A stretch of DNA of 64,000 nucleotides from Pristiophorus japonicus (Eukaryota). The stretch's first letter is position 1; each line of letters starts with the position of its first letter. Under the pieces are notes generated by a model, which was not told the DNA's origin, ran no database searches, and saw nothing but the letters and a program-made list of their open reading frames with translations. Positions 32,701-47,700 of this stretch are shown one piece after another. The stretch spans positions 97,960,001 through 98,024,000 of the forward strand of contig NC_091996.1 of assembly GCF_044704955.1 (NCBI RefSeq). Direction: 5' to 3'. Made by a program: the position numbers and the translations under genes.

Positions 32701-35700
32701 AAACTAATCCCACTGCCCCACTCTCTCCCCATAGCCCTGTACCAATCCCCAAACTAATCCCACTGCCCCACTTTCTCTCCATAGTCCTGTATCAATCCCC
32801 AAACTAATCCCACGGCCCCACCTCTCCCCATAGCCCTGTATCAATCTCAAACTAATCCCACTGCCCCGCTCTCTCCCCATAGTCCTGTATCAATCCCCAA
32901 ACTAATCCCACTGCCCCGCTCTCTCCGCATAGACCTGTATCAATCCCAAACTAATCCCACTGCCCCACGCTCTCCCCATAGCCCTGTACCAATCCCAAAC
33001 TAATCCCACTGCCCCACTCTCTCCCCATAGCCTTGTATCAATCCCCAAAATAATCCCACTGCCCCGCTCTCTCCCCACAGCCCTGTATCAATCCCAAACT
33101 AATCCCACTACCCCACTCTCTCCCCATAGCCCTGTATCAAGCCCCAAACTAATCCCACTGCTCCGCTCTCTCCCCATAGCCCTGTATCAATGCCCAAACT
33201 AATCCCACTGCACCGCTCTCTCCCCATAGCCCTGTATCAATCCCCAAACTAATCCCACTACCGCGCTCTCTCCCCATAGTCCTGTATCAATCCCCAAACT
33301 AATCTTACTGCCCCGCTCTCTCCCCATAGTCCTGTATCAATCCCTAAACTAATCCCACTGCCCCGCTCTCTCCCCATAGCCCTGTATCAATCCACAAACT
33401 AATCCCACTGCCCCACACTCTCCCGATAGCCCTGTATCAATCCCGAAACTAATCCAACTGCCCCGCACTCTCCCCATAGCCCTGTATCAATCCCAAACTA
33501 ATCCCACTGCCCCGCTCTCTCCCCATACACCTGTATCAATCCACAAACTAATCCCACTGCCGCACTCTCTCCCCATAGCCCTGTATCAATCCCAAACTAA
33601 TCCCACTGCACCGCTCTCTCCCCATAGTCCTGTTTCAATTCCCAAACTAATCCCACTGCCCCGCTCTCTCCCCATAGCCCTGTATCAATCCCCAAACTAA
33701 TCCCACAGCCCCGCACTCTTCCCATAGCACTGTATCAATCCCCAAACTAATCCCACTGCTCCGCTCTCTCCGCATAGCCCTGTATCAATCCCAAACTATT
33801 CCCACTGCCCCACTCTCTCCCCATAGCCCTGTATCAATCCCAAACTAATCCCACTGCCCCACTCTCTGCCCATAGCCTTGTATCAATCCCCAAAATAATC
33901 CCACTGCCCCGCTCTCTCCCCATAGCCCTGTATCAATCCCAAACTAATCCCACTGCCCCACTCTCTCCCCATAGCCCTGTATCAATCCCCAAACTAATCC
34001 CACAGCCCCAATCTCTCCCCATAGCCCTGTATCAATCACAAACTAATCCCACTGCCCCGCTCTCTCCCCATAGCCCTGTACCAATCCCCAAACTAATCCC
34101 ACTGCCCCACTCTCTCCCCATAGTCCTGTATCAATCCCGAAACTAATCCCACAGCCCCAATATCTCCCCATAGCACTGTATCAATCACAAACTAATCCCA
34201 CTGCACCGCTCTCTCCCCATCGTTCTGTATAAATCCCCAAACTAATCCCACTGCCCCACTCTCTCCCCATAGCCCTGTATCAATCCCCAAACTAATCCCA
34301 CTGCCCCGCACTCTCCCCATAGCACTGTATCAATCCCCAAACTAATCCCACTGCCCCGCTCTCTCCCCATAGCCCTGTATCAATCCCCAAACTAATCCCA
34401 CTGCCCCGCTCTCCCCATAGCCCTGCATCAATCCCCAAACTAATCCCACTGCCCCGTTCTCTCCCCATAGCCCTGCATCAATCCCCAAACAAATCCCACT
34501 GCTCCGCTCTCTCCCCATAGCCCTGTATCAATCCCCAAACTAATCCCACTGCCCCGCTCTCTCCCCATAGTCCTGTATCAATCCCCAAACAAATCCCACT
34601 GCCCCGCTCTCTCCCCATAGCCCTGTATCAATCCCCAAACTAATCCCACTGCCCCGCTCTCCCCATAGCCCTGCATCAATCCCCAAACTAATCCCACTGC
34701 CCCGTTCTCTCCCCATAGCCCTGTATCAATCCCCAAACTAATCCCACTGCCCCGCTGTCTCCCCATAGCCCTGTATCAATCTCAAACTAATCCCACTGCC
34801 CCGCTCTCTCCCCATATTCCTGTATCAATCCCCAAACTAATCCCACTGCCCCGCTCTCTCCCCATAGCCCTGTATCAATCCCAAACTAATCCCACTGCCC
34901 CGCTCTCTCCACTTAGCCGTGTATCAATCCCAAACTAATCCCACTACCCCGCTCTCTCCCCATAGCCCTGTATCAATCCCAAACTAATCCCACTGCCCCG
35001 CTCTCTCCCCATAATCCTGCATCAATCCCCAAACAAATCCCACTTCCCCGCTCCCTCCCCATAGCCCTGTATAAATCCCAAACTAATCCCACTGCCCCAC
35101 TCTCTCCCCATAGCCCTGTACCAATCCCCAAACTAATCCCACTGCCCCACTTTCTCTCCATAGTCCTGTATCAATCCCCAAACTAATCCCATGGCCCCAC
35201 TCTCTCCCCATAGCCCTGTATCAATCCCAAACTAATCCCACTGCACCGCTCTCTCCCCATAGTCCTGTATCAATCCCCAAACTAATCCCACTGCCCCGCT
35301 CTCTCCGCATAGACCTGTATCAATCCCAAACTAATCTCACAGCCCCACTCTCTCCCCATAGCCCTGTATCAATCCCAAACTAATCCCACTGCCCCACTCT
35401 CTCCCCATAGCCTTGTATCAATCCCCAAAATAATCCCACTGCCCCGCTCTCTCCCCATAGTCCTGTATCAATCCCCAAACTAATCCCACTGCCCCGCTCT
35501 CTCCGCATAGTCCTGTATCAATCCCAAACTAATCCCACTGCCCCGCTCTCTCCCCATAGCCCTGTATCAAGCCCCAAACTAATCCCACTGCTCCGCTCTC
35601 TCCCCATAGCCCTGTATCAATCCCTAAACTAATCCCACTGCCCCGCTCTCTCCCCATAGCCCTGTATCAATCCCCAAACGAATCCCACTGCCGCGCTCTC

Positions 35701-38700
35701 TCCCAATAGTGCTGTATCAATCCCCAAACTAATCCTACTGCCCCGCTCTCTCCCCATAGTCCTGTATCAATCTCTAAACTAATCCCACTGCCCCGCTCTC
35801 TCCCCATAGCCCTGTATCAATCCCCAAACTAATCCCACTGCCCCACACTCTCCCGATAGCCCTGTATCAATCCCCAAACTAATCCCACTGCCCCGCACTC
35901 TCCCCATAGCCCGGTATCAATCCCAAACTAATCCCACTGCCCCGCTCTCTCCCCATAGTCCTGTATCAATCCCCAAACTAATCCCACGACCCCGCTCTCT
36001 CCCCATAGTCCTGTATCAATCCCCAAACTAATCCCACTGCCCCGCTCTCTCCCCATAGTCCTGTATCAATCCTAAACTAATCCCACTGCACCGCTCTCTC
36101 CCCATAGTCCTGTTTCAATTCCCAAACTAATCCCACTGCCCCGCTCTCTCCCCATAGCCCTGTATCAATCCCCAAACTAATCCCACTGCCCCGCACTCTT
36201 CCCATAGCACTGTATCAATCCACAAACTAATCCCACTGCCCCGCTCTCTCCGCATAGCACTGTATCAATCCCAAACTATTCCCACTGCCCCACTCTCTCC
36301 CCATAGCCCTGTATCAATCCCAAACTAATCCCACTGCCCCACTCTCTGCCCATAGCCTTGTATCAATCCCCAAAATAATCCCACAGCCCCATTCTCTCCC
36401 CATAGCCCTGTATCAATCACAAACTAATCCCACTGCCCCGCTCTCTCCCCATAGCCCTGTACCAATCCCCAAACTAATCCCACTGCCCCACTCTCTCCCC
36501 ATAGTCCTGTATCAATCCCCAAACTAATCCCACAGCCCCAATCTCTCCCCATAGCCCTGTATCAATCACAAACTAATCCCACTGCACCGCTCTCTCCCCA
36601 TAGTTCTGTATAAATTCCCAAACTAATCCCACTGCCCCACTCTCTCCCCATAGCCCTGTATCAATCCCCAAACTAATCCCACTGCCCCGCACTGTCCCCA
36701 TAGCACGGTATCAATCCCGAAACTAATCCCACTGCCCCGCTCTCCCCATAGCCCTGCATCAATCCCCAAACTAATCCCACTGCCCCCCGCTCTCCCCATA
36801 GCCCTGTATCAATCCCCAAACTAATCCCACTGCCCCGCTCTCCCCATAGCCCTGCATCAATCCCCAAACTAATCCCACTGCCCCGTTCTCTCCCCATAGC
36901 CCTGTATCAATCCCCAAACTAATCCCACTGCCCCGCTCTCTCCCCATAGCCCTGTATCAATCCCCAAACTAATCCCACTGCCCCGCTCTCTCCCCATAGT
37001 CCTGTATCAATACCCAAACAAATCCCACTGCTCTGCTCTGTCCCCATAGCCCTGTATCAATCCCCAAACTAATCCCACAGCCCCGCGCTCTCCCCATAAC
37101 CCTGTATCAATCCCCAAACTAACCCCTCTGCCCCGCTTTCTCCCCATAGCCCTGTATCAATCCCAAACTAATCTCACTGCCCCACTCTCTCCCCATAGCC
37201 CTGTACCAATCCCCAAACTAATCCCACTGCCCCACTCTCTCCCCATAGTCCTGTATCAATCCCCAAACTAATCCCACAGCCCCAATCTCTCCCCATAGCC
37301 CTGTATCAATAACAAACTAATCCCACTGCCGCGCTCTCTCCCCATAGCCCTGTACCAATCCCCAAACTAATCGCACTGCCCCACTCTCTCCCCATAGTCC
37401 TGTATCAATCCCCAAACTAATCCCACAGCCCCAATCTCTCCCCATAGCCCTGTATCAATCACAAACTAATCCCACTGCTCCGCTCTCTCCCCATAGTCCT
37501 GTATCAATGCCCAAACTAATCCCACTTCCCCGCTCTCTCCCCATAGTCCTGTATCAATCCCCAAACTAATCCCACTGCCCCGTTCTCTCCCCATAGCCCT
37601 GTATCAATCCCCAAACTAATCCCACTGCCACACACTCTCCCGATAGCCCTGTTTCAATCCCCAAACTAATCCCACTGCCCTGCTCTCTCCCCATAGCCCT
37701 GTATCAATCCCAAACTAATCCCACTGCCCCGCTCTCTCCCCATAGCCCTGAATCAACCCCAAACTAATCCCACTGCCCCGCTCTCCCACCATAGTCCTGT
37801 ATCAATCTCCAAACTAATCCCACTGCCCTGCTCTCTCTCCATAGTCCTGTATCAATCCCCAAACTAATCCCACTGCCCCGCTCTCCCCCCATGGCCCTGT
37901 ATCAATCTCCAAACTAATCCCACTGCCCTGCTCTCTCCCCATAGTCCTGTATCAATCCCCAAACTAATCCCACTGCCCCACTCTCTCCCCATAGCCCTGT
38001 ATCAATCCCAAATTAATCCCACAGACCCACACTCTCCCCATAGTCCTGTATCAATCCGCAAACTAATCCCACTGCTCCGCTCTCTCCCCATAGTCCTGTA
38101 TCAATGCCCAAACTAATCCCACTTCCCCGCTCTCTCCCCATAGTCCTGTATCAATCCCCAAACTAATCCCACTGCCCCATTCTCTCCCCATAGCCCTGTA
38201 TCAATCCCCAAACTAATCCCACTGCCACACACTCTCCCGATAGCCCTGTTTCAATCCCCAAACTAATCCCACTGCCCTGCTCTCTCCCCAGAGCCCTGTA
38301 TCAATCCCAAACTAATCCCACTGCCCCGCTCTCTCCCCATAGCCCTGAATCAACCCCAAACTAATCCCACTGCCCCGCTCTCTCCCCATAGCCCTGTATC
38401 AATCCCCAAACTAATCCCACTGCCCCGCTCTCTCCCCATAGCCCTGTATCAATCCCCAAACTAATCCCACTGCCCCGCTCTCTCCCCATAGTTCTGTATC
38501 AATCCCCAAACTAATCCCACTGCCCCGCTCTCTCCCCATAGCCCTGTATCAATAACAAACTAATCCCACTGCCCCGCTCTCTCCCCACAGCCCTGTACCA
38601 ATCCCCAAACTAATCCCACTGCCCCACTCTCTCCCCATAGCACTGTATCAATCCCCAAACTAATCCCACTGCCCCGCTCTCCCCATAGCCCTGCATCAAT

Positions 38701-41700
38701 CCCCAAACTAATCCTACTGCCCCGCTCTCTCCCCATAGCCCTGTATCAATCCCCAAACAAATCCCACTGCCCCACTCTCTACACATAGCCCTGTTTCAAT
38801 TCCCAAACTAATCCCACTGCCCCATTCTCTCCGCATACCCCTGTATCAATCGCCAAACTAATACCACTGCCGCGCTCTCTCCCCATAGTCCTGTATCAAT
38901 CCCCAAACTAATCCCACTGCCCCACTCTCTCCCCATTGTCCTGTATCAATCCCCAAACTAATCCCACTGCCCCACTCTCTCCCCATAGCCCTGTATCAAT
39001 CCCCAAACTAATCCCACTGCCCCGCTCTCTCCCCACAGCCCTGTATCAATCCCCAAACTAATCCCACTGCCCCGCTCTCTCCCCATAGTCCTGTATCAAT
39101 CCCCAAACTAATCCCACTGCCCCGCTCTCTCCCCATAGCCCTGTCTCAATCACAAACTAATCCCACTGCCCCACTCTCTCCCCATAGTCCTGTATCAATC
39201 CCCAAACTAATCCCACTGCCCCGCTCTCTCCCCAAAATCCTGTATCAATCCCCAAACTAATCCCACTGCCCCGCTCTCTCCCCATAGCCCTGTATCAATC
39301 CCCAAACTAATCCCACTGCCCCGCTCTCGCCCCATACACCTGTATCAATCCCCAAACTAATCCCACTGCCCCGCTGTCTCCCCATAGCCCTGTATCAATC
39401 TCAAACTAATCCCATTGCCCCGCTCTCTCCCCATAGTCCTGTATTAATCCCCAAACTAACCCCCTGCCCCGCTCTCTCCCCATAGCCCTGTATCAATCCC
39501 AAATTTTTCCCACTGCCCCGCTCTCTCCACATAGCCCTGTATCAATCCCAAACTAATCCCACTACCTCGCTCTCTCCCCATAGCCCTGTATCAATCCCAA
39601 ACTAATCCCACTGCCCCGCTCTCTCCCCATAGTCCTGTATCAATCCCCAAACGAATCCCACTGCCCCGCTCTCTCCCCATAGTCCTGTCTCAATCCCAAA
39701 CTAATCCCACTGCCCCACTCTCTCCCCATAGCCCTGTACCAATCCCCAAACTAATCCCACTGCCCCACTTTCTCTCCATAGTCCTGTATCAATCCCCAAA
39801 CTAATCCCACGGCCCCACCTCTCCCCATAGCCCTGTATCAATCCCAAACTAATCCCACTGCCCCGCTCTCTCCCCATAGTCCTGTATCAATCCCCAAACT
39901 AATCCCACTGCCCCGCTCTCTCCGCATAGACCTGTATCAATCCCAAACTAATCCCACTGCCCCACTCTCTCCCCATAGCCCTGTACCAATCCCAAACTAA
40001 TCCCACTGCCCCACTCTCTCCCCATAGCCTTGTATCAATCCCCAAAATAATCCCACTGCCCCGCTCTCTCCCCACAGCCCTGTATCAATCCCAAACTAAT
40101 CCCACTACCCCACTCTCTCCCCATAGCCCTGTATCAAGCCCCAAACTAATCCCACTGCTCCGCTCTCTCCCCATAGCCCTGTATCAATGCCCAAACTAAT
40201 CCCACTGCACCGCTCTCTCCCCATAGCCCTGTATCAATCCCCAAACTAATCCCACTACCGCGCTCTCTCCCCATAGTCCTGTATCAATCCCCAAACTAAT
40301 CCTACTGCCCCGCTCTCTCCCCATAGTCCTGTATCAATCCCTAAACTAATCCCACTGCCCCGCTCTCTCCCCATAGCCCTGTATCAATCCCCAAACTAAT
40401 CCCACTGCCCCACACTCTCCCGATAGCCCTGTATCAATCCCCAAACTAATCCCACTGCCCCGCACTCTCCCCATAGCCCTGTATCAATCCCAAACTAATC
40501 CCACTGCCCCGCTCTCTCCCCATACACCTGTATCAATCCACAAACTAATCCCACTGCCGCACTCTCTCCCCATCGCCCTGTATCAATCCCAAACTAATCC
40601 CACTGCACCGCTCTCTCCCCATAGTCCTGTTTCAATTCCCAAACTAATCCCACTGCCCCGCTCTCTCCCCATAGCCCTGTATCAATCCCCAAACTAATCC
40701 CACAGCCCCGCACTCTTCCCATAGCACTGTATCAATCCCCAAACTAATCCCACTGCTCCGCTCTCTCCGCATAGCCCTGTATCAATCCCAAACTATTCCC
40801 ACTGCCCCACTCTCTCCCCATAGCCCTGTATCAATCCCAAACTAATCCCACTGCCCCACTCTCTGCCCATAGCCATGTATCAATCCCCAAAATAATCCCA
40901 CTGCCCCGCTCTCTCCCCATAGCCCTGTATCAATCCCAAACTAATCCCACTGCCCCACTCTCTCCCCATAGCCCTGTATCAATCCCCAAACTAATACCAC
41001 AGCGCCAATCTCTCCCCATAGCCCTGTATCAATCACAAACTAATCCCACTGCCCCGCTCTCTCCCCATAGCCCTGTACCAATCCCCAAACTAATCCCACT
41101 GCCCCACTCTCTCCCCATAGTCCTGTATCAATCCCGAAACTAATCCCACAGCCCCAATATCTCCCCATAGCCCTGTATCAATCCCCAAACTAATCCCACT
41201 GCCCCGCTCTCTCCCCATAGTCCTGTATCAATCCCCAAACAAATCCCACTGCCCCGCTCTCTCCCCATAGCCCTGTATCAATCCCCAAACTAATCCCACT
41301 GCCCCGCTCTCCCCATAGCCCTGCATCAATCCCCAAACTAATCCCACTGCCCCGTTCTCTCCCCATAGCCCTGTATCAATCCCCAAACTAATCCCACTGC
41401 CCCGCTGTCTCCCCATAGCCCTGTATCAATCTCAAACTAATCCCACTGCCCCGCTCTCTCCCCATATTCCTGTATCAATCCCCAAGCTAATCCCACTGCC
41501 CCGCTCTCTCCCCATAGCCCTGTATCAATCCCAAACTCATCCCACTGCCCCGCTCTCTCCACTTAGCCGTGTATCAATCCCAAACTAATCCCACTACCCC
41601 GCTCTCTCCCCATAGCCCTGTATCAATCCCAAACTAATCCCACTGCCCCGCTCTCTCCCCATAATCCTGTATCAATCCCCAAACAAATCCCACTTCCCCG

Positions 41701-44700
41701 CTCCCTCCCCATAGCCCTGTATAAATCCCAAACTAATCCCACTGCCCCACTCTCTCCCCATAGCCCTGTACCAATCCCCAAACTAATCCCACTGCCCCAC
41801 TTTCTCTCCATAGTCCTGTATCAATCCCCAAACTAATCCCACGGCCCCACTCTCTCCCCATAGCCCTGTATCAATCCCAAACTAATCCCACTGCACCGCT
41901 CTCTCCCCATAGTCCTGTATCAATCCCCAAACTAATCCCACTGCCCCGCTCTCTCCGCATAGACCTGTATCAATCCCAAACTAATCCCACTGCCCCACTC
42001 TCTCCCCATAGCCCTGTATCAATCCCAAACTAATCCCACTGCCCCACTCTCTCCCCATAGCCTTGTATCAATCCCCAAAATAATCCCACTGCCCCGCTCT
42101 CTCCCCATAGTCCTGTATCAATCCCCAAACTAATCCCACTGCCCCGCTCTCTCCGCATAGTCCTGTATCAATCCCAAACTAATCCCACTGCCCCGCTCTC
42201 TCCCCATAGCCCTGTATCAAGCCCCAAACTAATCCCACTGCTCCGCTCTCTCCCCATAGCCCTGTATCAATCCCCAAACTAATCCCACTGCCCCGCTCTC
42301 TCCCCATAGCCCTGTATCAATCCCCAAACGAATCCCACTGCCGCGCTCTCTCCCAATAGTGCTGTATCAATCCCCAAACTAATCCTACTGCCCCGCTCTC
42401 TCCCCATAGTCCTGTATCAATCTCTAAACTAATCCCACTGCCCCGCTCTCTCCCCATAGCCCTGTATCAATCCCCAAACTAATCCCACTGCCCCACACTC
42501 TCCCGATAGCCCTGTATCAATCCCCAAACTAATCCCACTGCCCCGCACTCTCCCCATAGCCCGGTATCAATCCCAAACTAATCCCACTGCCCCGCTCTCT
42601 CCCCATAGTCCTGTATCAATCCCCAAACTAATCCCACGACCCCGCTCTCTCCCCATAGTCCTGTATCAATCCCCAAACTAATCCCACTGCCCCGCTCTCT
42701 CCCCATAGTCCTGTATCAATCCTAAACTAATCCCACTGCACCGCTCTCTCCCCATAGTCCTGTTTCAATTCCCAAACTAATCCCACTGCCCCGCTCTCTC
42801 CCCATAGCCCTGTATCAATCCCCAAACTAATCCCACTGCCCCGCACTCTCCGCATAGCACTGTATCAATCCCAAACTATTCCCACTGCCCCACTCTCTCC
42901 CCATAGCCCTGTATCAATCCCAAACTAATCCCACTGCCCCACTCTCTGCCCATAGCCTTGTATCAATCCCCAAAATAATCCCACAGCCCCATTCTCTCCC
43001 CATAGCCCTGTATCAATCACAAACTAATCCCACTGCCCCGCTCTCTCCCCATAGCCCTGTACCAATCCCCAAACTAATCCCACTGCCCCACTCTCTCCCC
43101 ATAGTCCTGTATCAATCCCCAAACTAATCCCACAGCCCCAATCTCTCCCCATAGCCCTGTATCAATCACAAACTAATCCCACTGCACCGCTCTCTCCCCA
43201 TAGTTCTGTATAAATTCCCAAACTAATCCCACTGCCCCACTCTCTCCCCATAGCCCTGTATCAATCCCCAAACTAATCCCACTGCCCCGCACTGTCCCCA
43301 TAGCACGGTATCAATCCCGAAACTAATCCCACTGCCCCGCTCTCCCCATAGCCCTGCATCAATCCCCAAACTAATCCCACTGCCCTCCGCTCTCCCCATA
43401 GCCCTGTATCAATCCCCAAACTAATCCCACTGCCCCGCTCTCCCCATAGCCCTGCATCAATCCCCAAACTAATCCCACTGCCCCGTTCTCTCCCCATAGC
43501 CCTGTATCAATCCCCAAACTAATCCCACTGCCCCGCTCTCTCCCCATAGCCCTGTATCAATCCCCAAACTAATCCCACTGCCCCGCTCTCTCCCCATAGT
43601 CCTGTATCAATACCCAAACAAATCCCACTGCTCTGCTCTGTCCCCATAGCCCTGTATCAATCCCCAAACTAATCCCACAGCCCCGCGCTCTCCCCATAAC
43701 CCTGTATCAATCCCCAAACTAACCCCTCTGCCCCGCTTTCTCCCCATAGCCCTGTATCAATCCCAAACTAATCTCACTGCCCCACTCTCTCCCCATAGCC
43801 CTGTACCAATCCCCAAACTAATCCCACTGCCCCACTCTCTCCCCATAGTCCTGTATCAATCCCCAAACTAATCCCACAGCCCCAATCTCTCCCCATAGCC
43901 CTGTATCAATAACAAACTAATCCCACTGCCCCGCTCTCTCCCCATAGCCCTGTACCAATCCCCAAACTAATCGCACTGCCCCACTCTCTCCCCATAGTCC
44001 TGTATCAATCCCCAAACTAATCCCACAGACCCAATCTCTCCCCATAGCCCTGTATCAATCACAAACTAATCCCACTGCACAGCTCTCTCCCCATAGTTCT
44101 GTATAAATCCCCAAACTAATCCCACTGCCCCACTCTCTCCCCATAGTCCTGTATCAATCCCCAAACAAATCCCACTGCCCCGCTCTCTCCCCATAGCCCT
44201 GTATCAATCCCCAAACTAATCCCACTGCCCCGCTCTCCCCATAGCCCTGCATCAATCCCCAAACTAATCCCACTGCCCCGCTGTCTCCCCATAGCCCTGT
44301 ATCAATCTCAAACTAATCCCACTGCCCCGCTCTCTCCCCATATTCCTGTATCAATCCCCAAACTAATCCCACTGCCCGGCTCTCTCCCCATAGCCCTGTA
44401 TCAATCCCAAACTAATCCCACTGCCCCGCTCTCTCCACTTAGCCCTGTATCAATCCCAAACTAATCCCACTACCCCGCTCTCTCCCCATAGCCCTGTATC
44501 AATCCCAAACTAATCCCACTGCCCCGCTCTCTCCCCATAATCCTGTATCAATCCCCAAACGAATCCCACTTCCCCGCTCTCTCCCCATAGTCCTGTCTCA
44601 ATCCCAAACTAATCCCACTGCCCCACTCTCTCCCCATAGCCCTGTACCAATCCCCAAACTAATCCCACTGCCCCACTTTCTCTCCATAGTCCTGTATCAA

Positions 44701-47700
44701 TCCCCAAACTAATCCCACGGCCCCACTCTCTCCCCATAGCCCTGTATCAATCCCAAACTAATCCCACTGCACCGCTCTCTCCCCATAGTCCTGTATCAAT
44801 CCCCAAACCAATCCCACTGCCCCGCTACCTCCGCATAGATCTGTATCAATCCCAAACGAATCCCACTGCCCCACTCTCTCCCCATAGCCCTGTATCAATC
44901 CCAAACTAATCCCACTGCCCCACTCTCTCCCCATAGCCTTGTATCAATCCCCAAAATAATCCCACTGCCCCGCTCTCTCCCCATAGTCCTGTATCAATCC
45001 CCAAATTAATCCCACTGCCCCACTCTCTCCCCATAGCCCTGTATCAATCCTAAACTAATCCCACTGCACCGCTCTCTCCCCATAGCCCGGTATCAATCCC
45101 AAACTAATCCCACTGCCCCGTTCTCTCCCCATAGCCCTGTATCAATCCCAAACTAATCCCACTGCCCCGCTCTCTCCACTTAGCCCTGTATCAATCCCAA
45201 ACTAATCCCACTACCCCGCTCTCTCCCCATAGCCCTGTATCAATCCCAAACTAATCCCACTGCCCCGCTCTCTCCCCATAATCCTGTATCAATCCCCAAA
45301 CGAATCCCACTTCCCCTCTCTCTCCCCATAGTCCTGTCTCAATCCCAAACTAATCCCACTGCCCCACTCTCTCCCCATAGCCCTGTACCAATCCCCAAAC
45401 TAATCCCACTGCCCCACTTTCTCTCCATAGTCCTGTATCAATCCCCAAACTAATCCCACGGCCCCACTCTCTCCCCATAGCCCTGTATCAATCCCAAACT
45501 AATCCCACTGCACCGCTCTCTCCCCATAGTCCTGTATCAATCCCCAAACTAATCCCACTGCCCCGCTCTCTCCGCATAGACCTGTATCAATCCCAAACTA
45601 ATCCCACTGCCCCACTCTCTCCCCATAGTCCTGTATCAATCCCCAAACTAATCCTACTGCCCCGCTCTCTCCCAACAGTCCTGTATCAATCTCTAAACTA
45701 ATCCCACTGCCCCGCTCTCTCCCCATAGCCCTGTATCAATCCCCAAACTAATCCCACTGCCCCACACTCTCCCGATAGCCCTGTATCAATCCCCAAACTA
45801 ATCCCACTGCCCCGCACTCTCCCCATAGCCCGGTATCAATCCCAAACTAATCCCACTGCCCCGCACTCTTCCCATAGCACTGTATCAATCCCCAAACTAA
45901 TCCCACTGCCCCGCTCTCTCCGCATAGCACTGTATCAATCCCAAACTATTCCCACTGCCCCACTCTCTCCCCATAGCCCTGTATCAATCCCAAACTAATC
46001 CCACTGCCCCACTCTCTGCCCATAGCCTTGTATCAATCCCCAAAATAATCCCACAGCCCCATGCTCTCCGCATAGCCCTGTATCAATCACAAACTAATCC
46101 CACTGCCCCGCTCTCTCCCCGTAGCCCTGTACCAATCCCCAAACTAATCCCACTTCCCCACTCTCTCCCCATAGTCCTGTATCAATCCCCAAACTAATCC
46201 CACAGCCCCAATCTCTCCCCATAGCCCTGTATCAATCACAAACTAATCCCACTGCACCGCTCTCTCCCCATAGTTCTGTATAAATCCCCAAACTAATCCC
46301 ACTGCCCCACTCTCTCCCCATAGCCCTGTATCAATCCCCAAACTAATCCCACTGCCCCGCACTGTCCCCATAGCACGGTATCAATCCCGAAACTAATCCC
46401 ACTGCCCCGCTCTCCCCATAGCCCTGCATCAATCCCCAAACTAATCCCACTGCCCCACTCTCTCCCCATAGCCCTGTATCAATCCCCAAACTAATCCCAC
46501 TGCCCCGCTCTCCCCATAGCCCTGCATCAATCCCCAAACTAATCCCACTGCCCCGTTCTCTCCCCATAGCCCTGTATCAATCCCCAAACTAATCCCACTG
46601 CCCCGCTCTCTCCCCATAGCCCTGTATCAATCCCCAAACTAATCCCACTGCCCCGCTCTCTCCCCATAGTCCTGTATCAATCCCCAAACAAATCCCACTG
46701 CTCTGCTCTGTCCCCATAGCCCTGTATCAATCCCCAAACTAATCCGACAGCCCCGCGCTCTCCCCATAACCCTGTATCAATCCCCAAACGAACCCCACTG
46801 CCCCGCTTTCTCCCCATAGCCCTGTATCAATCCCAAACTAATCTCACTGCCCCACTCTCTCCCCATAGCCCTGTACCAATCCCCAAACTAATCCCACTGC
46901 CCCACTCTCTCCCCATAGTCCTGTATCAATCCCCAAACTAATCCCACAGCCCCAATCTCTCCCCATAGCCCTGTATCAATAACAAACTAATCCCACTGCC
47001 CCGCTCTCTCCCCATAGCCCTGTACCAATCCCCAAACTAATCGCACTGCCCCACTCTCTCCCCATAGTCCTGTATCAATCCCCAAACTAATCCCACAGCC
47101 CCAATCTCTCCCCATAGCCCTGTATCAATCACAAACTAATCCCACTGCACCGCTCTCTCCCCATAGTTCTGTATAAATCCCCAAACTAATCCCACTGCCC
47201 CACTCTCTCCCCATAGCCCTGTATCAATCCCCAAACTAATCCCACTGCCCCACTCTCTCCCCATAGCCCTGTATCAATCACAAACTAATCCCACTGCACC
47301 GCTCTCTCCCCATAATCCTGTATCAATCCCCAAACTAATCCCACTGCCCCGCTCTCTCCGCATAGACCTGTATCAATCCCAAACTAATCCCACTGCCCCA
47401 CTCTCTCCCCATAGCCCTGTATCAATCCCAAACTAATCCCACTGCCCCACTCTCTCCCCATAGCCTTGTATCAATCCCCAAAATAATCCCACTGCCCCGC
47501 TCTCTCCCCATAGCCCTGTATCAATCCCAAACTAATCCCACTACCCCACTCTCTCCCCATAGCCCTGTATCAAGCCCCAAACTAATCCCACTGCTCCGCT
47601 CTCTCCCCATAGCCCTGTATCAATCCCCAAACTAATCCCACTGCCCCGCTCTCTCCCCATAGCCCTGTATCAATCCCCAAACTAATCCCACTGCCGCGCT

